Below, piece after piece: positions 54,349 through 64,000 of a stretch of DNA of 64,000 nt. The translations under genes and the position numbers were made by a program. Every line of letters begins with the position of its first letter. Within the stretch, counting starts at the first letter, position 1. Source of the DNA: Chlorokybus atmophyticus (taxonomy: Eukaryota; Plantae; Mesostigma and Chlorokybus algae); NCBI GenBank assembly GCA_009103225.1, contig RHPI01001202.1, forward strand, positions 526,487-590,486. Reading direction: 5' to 3'. The notes below the pieces were generated by a model. That model worked only from the letters and a program-made list of their open reading frames with translations. It was not told the DNA's origin and made no database searches.

Positions 54349-55931
54349 CTATTTCTTTAAGTAGAAAATGATTGCCACTACCAGCGCTGCATACGTAGCC
54401 AAGCATGGCAAAAGTGCCTTGAGCAGCATCATTTTCCCTCCTCCCCAAAGCTCCTCATGGTACTGCAACCTGCAAAAATGTATAATCATATTATATCATG
54501 TATCACTGTGTGCTCCGATTAGTCACAACATTGAATATCAGTTGTGAAACATCAGTAAGAGCATCTAGTAACCATACCTTGCCCAAGCCAATGCCCTTTC
54601 GTGCCGCCACCAACGACGCAAGCCAGGCAAGTCCTTATCCCACATCGCAAGGATCGCGAGCGCGGCTGTGCAGATCAGTTTTCCCCTACTTGTGTTGGGA
54701 TCGTGCAGCACCAGAGTTGGTACCAATGACATAACCGCCGCCATGGTCGTGCGTGCCATCTCCAAGACTGGCTCAGCCCAATCAGCAATATCTGTTGAAG
54801 TGAGTTTGATCAGCATACAACTCGCGCACGTGTGCATGTGCAAGTGATGAAGCCTTAAGGCTGTAATGCACGCATGAACAGTATGGGCGGTAGAGGGAAT
54901 ACGCTTTACGAACAAGCTTGATAGGCCCTATTTAGCTTGTTTGTAAAGGGTATTCCCTCTACAGCCCGGGGTTGGTGTAGAATTGGATAGCATGCAAGCG
55001 TGAGGCTCAACCTGATGAAAAGGTGTGTGCAATGTGAGGAGTACTCTATGTGTGACGCCGTGTGCACGATCTTAATGGTTCGCTCTTACATACATTACCC
55101 GTTTAACATAAACCGCATGATATGATAAACAACGTACTTACCTGAATACACGCAGAGTGTGTATACGTGGTCAGCGTCAGGGTGATCCCTTCTCACGATA
55201 TCCGTCGGCGCCAGCATTACTCCCGCATCATACACCACAAAGACCCTATCCGGTATGAGCGGGTTGGAGATGCCATTGCGCCCGCAGCAGCGAGTGGGTA
55301 CCATTCGCAAACTGGCAGCAGAATCTGTAGAAGTGCACTGTGCGCGCACTAGCTGGATGAATGTAGAGGCCTGAATATCGCTATTGCCTGGCGGTATCAG
55401 GTGAGAATACCCCTGCAGCACCGCTTGCAATGTATGTGATATGATCTGCACGCAAAAGCATGCATGTGGTGGTGTTAGTGGCTATGATACTATTCGATGA
55501 GATATAACATCTTCAGTAAGCACATATGAGGTTTGAGAATACACATAGGGGTGAGTACTAAAGCTATCCACACAACATGCGTCTCCTCATGTTCACAGCG
55601 CAATATGTGACACATGTTGATTAGCTATAAGTCTCAGTTTCGTGATGCATACCTTGCTGTTATCGTGGTGTCTCAGCAGCACAATGTGGAAGGGTATGTC
55701 ATTTGTCCTCGCGCCCGACGGGGCTGTTGCAGATGCGCCGATTGAAGGCAATGTAGCCGGAAGAGCGGATGCAGCTGAAGATGACAAAGGTTTTGCAAAC
55801 TGCGATGGCAACGTGACAGGCGGGGCAGATGCAACCGAAGATGGCAATGACAGCGCCAACTCCGATGGTTGCCGCACCCTGGGGGCCCTCTGGGACTGGG
55901 GTTCTTCAAACGGCATGTGCAAGGCAGGACC
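54349..55931 (-). CDS. Orphan family B copy 2, last four exons intact (55931-55653, 55445-55142, 54791-54578, 54469-54349; about 305 aa); 5' exons unresolved
   Basis: Phase-compatible GT-AG exons with an open frame, homologous to copy 1, ending in hydrophobic LLKALLPCLATYAALVVAIIFYLKK*. Confidence 0.68.
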
Positions 55932-58196
55932 CTGAAACACGTAATTGGTCTTCCTCATAACATCAATACGTTAAACTTAAAAAGATAATAATTTTTCTGG
56001 TCAACCAATACTTGTACTGACAACTCACATTCAAGCCACAACATTCGTGTCTGAAGTACCTGCATGCTCTCCTCCGCATGTTCAGATGGAGTAATGTCGC
56101 CGGTACCCCCCATGGTTTGTGCTTCCTAACAGCATGTTCAATGACTTGACCTGGCTACTCACGACTAGCAAAAGTTAGCATGGTTGTGAGGCCGGCGGAA
56201 GTGCATGCTATGTGACTTCAACATGCCTGCAAGCACATCCGTCGACACACGCAACACGAACTTCGTTTGGAGCGACCTGAGTGCCTTAACAGCCTGTTGC
56301 GCTGAGACGCAAATGTCACGCATGCACAGCCCATCGTGCCTCATTGCTTTCTGCTACTCACCTCACTCTCCTAAAGGCGTTCCTCTTGGGTTGCCTTCCT
56401 CAGGCCCCTTCATGGTCGCCGCGGCTCGCAGTTGCCTTAACAGTGTCAATGCCTCTCTGGCACTGCCTCCCGTCCCCTGCTATGTGTCGTGCAAGGCCGT
56501 CCCGCTTGGGGCCTAAGTCCTCCACGCTCTTGAAGGGTTTCCCTGGCATAGGTCTGGCTCAGTCGGTGCAGTGCAGGCGGAAGCAAGCAGCTTGTTATTA
56601 GCAATGAGTCATAAGTAACATTGTCATGGAGAGAACCCAAGGCAGAGACACAGTTACACACGCACACACAATCTCTAAACAGCATGCATGCATATACATG
56701 CTGTGCACGCAGACATACACGTGCATGCATGCATACATGCATGGACTCGTACATGCAAACATGCATGCCATATTTTTAACCCGATAAGGGCCTGTCTGCA
56801 TGCACAAAGCTTTGTGCAAGCAGATAGGCAGAGGTTCCTGCCGTAGTTTTGGGCAGCTGAGCTGCCAAATGGAACCGCTCATTGCATGCAATGCTTCAAC
56901 GCAGCGCACAGCCGTCTACCCACTGCGTTCACAAGTACACAAGAAGGCGGTGGAATGCAACGACTGCAGGCATGTAAGACAGCAGTCCATAGCTCGCAAG
57001 CGCCAGGTAGCGCCTTGCGGGCGCACTCTACATGAGCTGTCACTTGCGTATAGGCGCGCCCACCCCAGCATGCAGGTAGCGGCCACTAAGACTTGAGGGC
57101 AATACGGTTCTGCAGCAGCAACTCCTCCTCATACGCCAGGTCAGCCTCCAGGCTCAACAGCCCTACTAATCCACCAACAACAATCACCACATCTCGCCTC
57201 TCAACCCCACTTCGCAACCATACACTTGCGTCACACGTTGTCTAATCAGCCGGCCTCCCTCACTCCCTCGCCCGGAGGCAACACAGGCCTAGCAGCGAGA
57301 GGCCTTTTCGAAGATTCCGAGAACCCAAGTCAAATAAAAAAAAGGAAGAAATGGCCTGCAGTTGTAAAAGGCGCAGTAAACCGGGTCATAGCATGTCGGT
57401 GGCTGATAACCGTGCTGTGTCGTGTGTCTGAGGTGTGCCAGTAAGCTGGACACACAGTGTCCACATTCTAAGGTGTGACAGTGTGCTGTGCGATAATCTT
57501 AATGCATTAACCTTGCCTGCCTCTTGCCGTACGAGTGCATGCATCAGCAAGGACTGTTGCAAGAAGTGACGGACATGAAGCAATAAGCATGCATGTAATA
57601 GCTTTGGCAAGGTGCTATGCTGCCTGCTGATTCATTTGCGGCCCCCCTATTCTACCCTATGCTTATTACACATACGTATGTGTACAAAGTATGTGTACAA
57701 AGTATGCAGTGGGGTGTATACACCCCACTGCATACTTTGTACACACAACACCCCGGTTTCGTGCCTGCAATAGTACAATTAGCAGTAGCATACACAACCC
57801 CCTTACTATGGATCAGTAAACATCCTCACGTTGGCACCTTCAGGCACTGGCCAATTGCTTTGCAAAGCACTTGTAGCACTTGAGCATCAATACCTTGGTG
57901 CAGGAATGCCATGAAACGAACACTACAATATAATGGGACACTGGCATCAGCGCTACTACCAACCGAATGCCTTTCAACGGCATGGCACCATTTGTGCTGG
58001 CCCTTCCATTGGTCCCAATAGTCGGGTACCCACTGCAAACTGGCAGAACGGCCAAATTGGATGAACATCCCAATCTCAAAATCGATTCTTCACTGTCACC
58101 TAGTGCTTTCTACAAGACCAGCTGCCAAATGCTGCTAGTTCATACCCCTACTGGTGCCGCAGCAACCCAACAACATATGTTGAGGTAATACTATTC

Positions 58197-58341
58197 TCAT
58201 CGCACATGCTCCCACACGCCCAACATACAGTCCCACCAAAACAACAGTGCAACAATTACATCAGCCACTGTAAACAGCCACCGAGCTACATGCACAATCT
58301 TGCATTCGCTCACCGAAGATGTGACCAGATGAGTAGATACG
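58197..58341 (-). pseudogene. DCAF11: DCAF11/LEC14B 3' fragment, copy 3 (last exons only; 3' flank homology extends to about 57700)
   Basis: YLLIWSHLR/VTSSV-type exon end and WDCMLGVWEHVR*; collinear with 47800-48370 and 39500-40030. Confidence 0.75.
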
Positions 58342-58526
58342 TCGCAATATGTTTTCCCTGCCGGCCGACTAAATATTGGCAACGGCCGTGCACCTGAAGA
58401 TACCAGTCTAGGCTGTCGTGGCTCAGGCCACCTGTAATCTTGATACAGGGACCCAATAGTAACTTTCGTTACTTTAAGGCCCTTTTTATTACAATTTGGT
58501 CTTTGACAGTTGACTATGCCTAAGTA

Positions 58527-58810
58527 ACAGGCGCCTGATAGTTACCTATCAGGCCTTAACAGGTGACTTTATATAATTAAACAGGCACCTAGTAGTCACA
58601 CACCAGGCCTTAACAAATGACTTTGTGTAATTCACAGGCAACTGTTAGTTACACATCAGGCCTTATTAGGTGACTACAACTAATCAACGGGCACCTGTAA
58701 GTTACACATCAGTCTTACTTAGGTGACTCAGCCTATGTGACACGCACCTGCAGGTTACACACCAGTCCAGCGCAGGCGACTAAGCTTAATTCACAAGCAC
58801 CAACTAGGTA
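58527..58810. repeat. 53-bp tandem array, about 5.3 diverged copies
   Basis: Unit starts at 58527, 58581, 58634, 58687, 58740 and 58793; consensus roughly acaggcacctgtagttacacatcaggccttaataggtgactttgtgtaattc. Confidence 0.9.
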
Positions 58811-59275
58811 ATTATCGACAAAATAAGGCATGCTTTAACAACTGAAGGTGACCAACGCCTAACTGTCGTCATATGTATTTGCATAGCTTGACTACACGCG
58901 ACTGTCACTGACTTCCAGCATTGTTATGTGCCTGTGCTGTGTACATGTACCTGGAATGTGTACAGTGTCTCTCAGTCACCTGCCAAGGCTTGTAGTTCGA
59001 TTATGTGACTCGAATGCAGTTCTGTTGTATATCATAGGGATGCAAGTATTGATGTGCATGAGCATAATGACGATTGACTGAGCTGGTTTAAGATGCACAA
59101 CACTCAGTTACAAGAGCCTTGTAGCTATGTACACTACCAGCTAAACGGACTACCAACTGCGCTACAGCTCCTCTCCATTATCGCTTTGCTCGTCATTACG
59201 GAACAAAGCACCATGCGCTGGGGCCTGTGGAGGAGACGCCGGAGCTTGCTCTTCCTCCACAAACGGTTGTGCCAG

Positions 59276-60989
59276 CTAATCAAATGCCGCTTCTGCCTCA
59301 GCGAGCGGGTCACGAGCTGCTGTCTCTTGCGGCCGGCGCCGATTGGGATCTATCAAGTATTCGACACAAGATGCAGTGCGGCGTTTCACAAGGGTGAATG
59401 GCTGGAGGGCTGCGTACCGTTGCCTCATCTCCCGCTTCATTGACATGATCATGGTGTTGATTTCGCTGAGGTACTCTTCATGTGTGTCTATGCTGGCAGC
59501 TAGGAGAGGGTCTCCATCCTTGCCCTTTAGGATGCGCTCCACCTGCGTAGTTTACAGGCATGTCTTAGTGGCATCGAAAGCCACTATTCACTGCAACGCG
59601 TCTGCAAGCCTGTAGTTTGGGGCTACAGCGTTCCTGAATTGCTAATGATGGAGTTCAGAGTGCTCACCGTAAGCAACAGGTATGCGAGGTGGTTGACTGT
59701 CAGCTGCCGGCGACCAGGTGTAGTGACGGCGTAAGACCAGCATTGCACGATCATTTGCCAGATTATGGGATTGCCCCATTCATGGATGTATCTCCTCCGC
59801 TCCGGGTCTGCAGTGTCGGTCACCTCAAATCTCCGCCATGACTTGTCTGCGACAGTCATACCGACAAGGCATTAGTCACGAAATAGATAGTTCAAGTTGA
59901 GCCTGCACCAGGCTAGAATAGTGCCTGTGACTTACTTTGGAGCGCGTTGCGCATCTGGGCTTTTTGGGTCTCGGGGTCCATTAGGGCGTCGATGTGCCTG
60001 ATTGAATCGGTTACAATAGGCGAGATGAGTACGTGTGTATGGAGGCTGAGTAAGAAGGCAGTGTTGCATAGCAGACATGGTGGTGAGGGACCCAACTCAC
60101 TTGCGCTTGTTGCTGTTAAACAGTGTCCACTTGTACTCCTTCTCAAGGACATGCTTGATCTTGGTGACGTTCTCAGACCGGACCTGCGTAGCTTTCTTCA
60201 GGGCGACACTCCAGTGGAAGGGGCACTCCTTGGGAGTCCAGTACACCTCATAGAACTTGGCCGCATCGGCCTCGTCGTCATGGTCGAAGCCAACTACCTG
60301 TCACGGGCAGGTTGGTCAGTGTCACGGTGCAGTGCGGTCATGAAGCATTCACAGCACCTGACACATGACGTTACGAATAGTGTCCTCCTTGGGATAAACG
60401 TGGCTCTCTACCCAGTGGCCGTTTATGATTTCAACGACGGCATCTCGCAAATGCTGTCCACAGAAGAACAATCCGTTACACACATACACACAGTGTCACA
60501 GTGTCACACAGTGCTTACCTCGTTGCCAATCTTCCACTTGCTTGGGGAAGGGTTGCTGACGGCCGAGGTTGCCACGTCACGGCCAAATGCGTTTGGGTTG
60601 GGGGTTCCAATCGACCCTCTGCAAGCACAACCACATGAGTCATGCTGCCAGCCATGAAAGATGCAACCCTCACAGTTGCAAAAGAAGAACAACGTGCACA
60701 GTGTATCCAGAACGCATGCAGTGAGTCACTGTGCTAGTCATGATAGAAGCAAGCATCCAAGTTAGAAGTTGAGCAAGAAGCAACGTGCACAGTGCATCAA
60801 GAACGCATGCAGTCTAGCTTGCCCTTGCGACTGCGGTGTCAGGTGGAGTTGTTGTGATGTGCTGGGCGTTAGCGCGGGGTCTTGCTGCGATTGGTTGGCG
60901 ACGGTTGCCTGGTTGAACACTGGGGGCAATGTGGACAACTGGCGCCGACCTCCACGACGAGGTGCACTTACGGATGGACCACGAGGCAT
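59276..60989 (-). CDS. Orphan gene C, intact, about 371 aa; exons 60989-60823, 60618-60519, 60453-60358, 60297-60101, 60045-59936, 59846-59668, 59542-59276
   Basis: Seven exons with fully compatible phases (1116 nt); first intron GC-AG; globular helical composition; no family confidently recognised. Confidence 0.8.
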
Positions 60990-61169
60990 CTCTCCAACTG
61001 ATAGTCGGGTGCCGCCTGTTTAGCTGTAAGTGGCGCTGCCGCCTCCAACGCTGCCGCCGCCGGTTGGCCCGCCCGAATGTATGAGGCGCGAAAACGAAAA
61101 TGAGGCGGTTTTGAACGTCTAGAGTCCCGCACTAGAGTCGCACTTGTAGTGCGTCCTTGCTCCTATGGT

Positions 61170-61330
61170 TGATGGTACGACTTATGCATTCGTGCCATGC
61201 ATGCTTCGTACAACCATTGTTACCAATGGTTGTGTCGTAACATTTATGGTACGACAGAGGCATCTCTCGTCCAACCCCAGCGATTGCCGTACAATGGCTC
61301 TGTCGTACCATCCATGGTACGACAGAGGCA
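61170..61330. repeat. Cluster of TGGTACGAC direct and inverted motifs with a perfect 14-bp inverted repeat (61298-61311 / 61314-61327)
   Basis: atggtacgac near 61174, 61246 and 61314; ctctgtcgtaccat-cc-atggtacgacagag. Confidence 0.85.
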
Positions 61331-61464
61331 TTGCTCGATCAGCCCAAATGGGAGTTAGCATGCACTCACCCAAACACGCTTCATTGATGGCCGGATGATG
61401 GCACGCAGGGGCACCAGGTCGATGACGGGTCGAATGTCAGGCTTGATGGGCCTGGGTTCGACTA

Positions 61465-62168
61465 GGAGGCGGAGGACCAGGAGTCGGAGGAGGCGGCGGC
61501 GGCGGCGGCGGCGTGGCACATCTTGCGAGAAGTTGTGGTCGTAAGAGTTCAAGCAGCGAAGCCAGCTACTACCGGTCGCCACGTCATGGATCATGGCAGG
61601 CGTCAGCAATGGGGCTGTCCAACATGCATCACCAACATTGGACAAACCAGCAGGCAAGCCATCAAAGACCATTCTCACACAGAGAGCTGCTTGGTGGCTC
61701 GCTTTTTGCAACAGGGAGTGGATCAGGAGCTGCAGTCCTTGGAGCCCCTTGTCAGAACCATGCGGGGCTAATTGCGGCTGTGGGAACAAGCACAAAGGAA
61801 TGCAGAGGTACGCTCAACAGTCACATGCATTTCCTTGCAAGAGCAATTTCTTTTTTAGCGCAGTCCATGTGATATATGTAGCGTGGCTGCAGGCCTCCAC
61901 TATTCACCCATACCCACCCTACAGTCAAGCCGACATTGCGGAAGCAAGAGCAGATAGACAGAGCTGGGCGGCGGTATGTTGTTGCCAATCTCGATGTGCA
62001 TGTTTACTGCAATGTCGGCTCCAATGCATGCCTACCTTTGCATGCTAGGATGTGCGTGAGCGTGCGAAGTCGCGCGCGCGTGCCGAACGAAGTAGGCTGG
62101 GTTTGAGCACAGGAGCGCATGGCCATTCGTCCGGCATTCAACCAGCAATGACGCAGTCCATGCAATCA
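61465..62168 (+). pseudogene. Degenerate ORF/exons with a zinc-finger-like motif, interrupted by the Copia LTR
   Basis: WGCPTC-x14-HSHTESC in the open frame 61465-61771; further exon-like segments up to the LTR. Confidence 0.3.
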
Positions 62169-63919
62169 TGTTGAAGGTATTACATGGGTGATGCTTGTAT
62201 CCGGTCAGCTTGCCCTTCATACAGGAGTCGAGGGTCGAAGGTACCAGGAAGAAGCACGTGGACTCCGGACTTAGCAAGATGGTCGAGCCAGGACGGACTC
62301 CGGACCAGATGCTGAGTAGAGCGTTGGGAGAAATCGCGTAGCTTTGTAAATACGTAAGCTTAGCAGGCGTGGCTTAGCTTGTTGGAAAGCTCTGGTTGTG
62401 AGCTAGACAGCGTAGCTTACAGAATAGCAATCGGCTGAGTACAGCGCACGCGGTGCTTGCCAATGTAGACGTGTGTAGAGACTGGCGGGGTATAAAGCCC
62501 TGACTTGTTGCAATGAGGAGAGGTCACGATGTAGCATGTGTGCGGATGCTATGGTGACAGTAGCAGTCATGCTCTTGTGTTGATGTTGTTGGCGTGTCAC
62601 TTGCACGTGTGTATGTCAACAGGTTATGGGCCCACACATGCTTGTGTAGGTTGATGGAGTGTGTTACAATTGTATGTATAGCTGTAGTTGCTTTGTGGTA
62701 GTGTGGGGTTGTGAGGTCTGTGAGCAGAGAGGGCAACCAACCAAGGCCACCAGCATGGACAGCTTGAAGATTGCGATTGGACTACTGGACGTTGACGACT
62801 ACAACACTTGGAGTGTGAAGATGGAGCTACTACTGGCCCACAAGGAGATGCGGAAGTACATGGACCAAGAGGAGGAGATGACGGAGTTCTTCTGGTGACT
62901 GAAGAAGAGTACGTGAAGTACTTGGTAGAGGAGGCGTCCTTGATACGTGGGAGCTGAAGATGTCAGCTCGTGTTGCTGAGTGCGAGGAGTACTTGGTGGA
63001 GCGTGGTGAAGCGCTCTGAGGAATGCGAGAGGCAACCCGTGGTAAGCACGTTGATGTGCTTGGTGGAAGGAAGGGGAGCAGATGGCAACCCTTGAGGTCG
63101 AGCACGGTGGAGTGTTTGATGGACCTTCCGAGAAGGGGAGCGAGGGCAGTCCTTGGTGAAGCACGGTAAAGTGCTTGGTACTTTGGTTGAAGCATGTGGA
63201 GTGCTTGGCTGAAGGTGCATGCGAGGAAGCGTGATGAGCATCCTGGAAGCGTGATCGCTTGGAAGCTGGACATGGAGCATCCTGGAGGCGTGAAGCTTGG
63301 AGGCTATACGCAGAAGCATGTGGACGTGAAGATGGCCATGGTGTGCGCAAGGTTGCTGCATTGACAAGGGTGGTTGAGGATGGAGTTTCAAGATACTACA
63401 AGGTCATGAGCAACAAGGAGGCACAAGTAGGTTGCGATTGCGGAGCCCGTGGGAGCTGCAAGTGGTGGAAAGCAAGTTGACTAGAGGAGTCATGGGCTGA
63501 TACCAGAGGCGGAGGCACTGTCAACGAGGACAGATGCAGCGGGTGCATGAAGGCAACATGTATGTACAGCAAGGAGCAAGGTTGGTGGTCAACCATGAGG
63601 CTCGAGTTGCTGTGGAAGTGACTGACTTCAAGATCATCCATGAGAAGCATGGAGGCATGAGAAAAAAAGAGGTGAAGGCTCGTGAGAGCAAGCGGTGTGC
63701 GTGAGTAATGGAGGAGCTGATGTTGAAGGACAAGCTGCCCGCGTGGGAGTGTTGAAGGTATTACATGGGTGATGCTTGTATCCGGTCAGCTTGCCCTTCA
63801 TACAGGAGTCGAGGGTCGAAGGTACCAGGAAGAAGCGCGTGGNCTCCAGACTTAGGAAGAAGCACGTGGACTCCGGACTTAGCAAGATGGTCGAGCCAAG
63901 ACGGACTCCGGACCAGATT
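62169..63919 (+). mobile_element. Internally deleted, non-autonomous Ty1/Copia element: 5' LTR 62169-62621, PBS 62622-62634, degenerate gag from 62755, PPT about 63741-63749, 3' LTR 63750 to about 63919 (truncated)
   Basis: TG..CA LTR followed by GGTTATGGGCCCA; gag MDSLKIAIGLLDVDDYNTWSVKMELLL; second tgttgaaggtattacatggg copy after gcgtgggag; no RT, IN or RH seen. Confidence 0.88.
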
Positions 63920-64000
63920 GTAACAGTCAAGGCCAAATTCTGTGATTTTCATGGCCGTTTTAGGCCTTATTTGTAAGGTACATGTTTTTAATGACTTGTG

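Noticed and set aside
58527-58810. CRISPR-like appearance of the periodic array
   Set aside because: Whole units are homologous (no unique spacers), there are no cas genes, and the context is eukaryotic.
59947-60657. 236-aa plus-strand ORF
   Set aside because: Antisense to the spliced gene C exons, whose splice signals and phases support the minus strand.

Overview
Eukaryotic, intron-rich green-plant-lineage DNA; an early-diverging streptophyte alga is likely but is inferred only from land-plant-like FtsH4, UPP, group C bZIP and seipin. No rRNA, tRNA or CRISPR array could be supported. Positions 1-26.4 kb hold six conserved genes whose exons I traced by hand with compatible phases: 5'-partial ctpA, FTSH4, plastid UPP, a group C bZIP, a GT29 sialyltransferase-like gene and seipin. 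This half also has an AT-rich island and a possible Copia relic. Positions 26.5-64 kb are an accessory mosaic. It contains an unrecognised 4-exon orphan gene family (A) in 4 copies, a decayed DIRS-order retrotransposon with an antisense tyrosine recombinase, three intron-retaining DCAF11/LEC14B 3' fragments and an intron-retaining seipin pseudogene. It also contains a second orphan family (B, possible ubiquitin-like domain plus C-terminal hydrophobic tail) in 2 copies, an intact 7-exon orphan gene (C) between a 53-bp tandem array and an inverted-repeat cluster, and an internally deleted Copia element with a half-tRNA-type PBS. N-gaps and single-N joins show a draft assembly, so some duplications may be artefacts. 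All family assignments are by-eye motif recognition; no database search was run.
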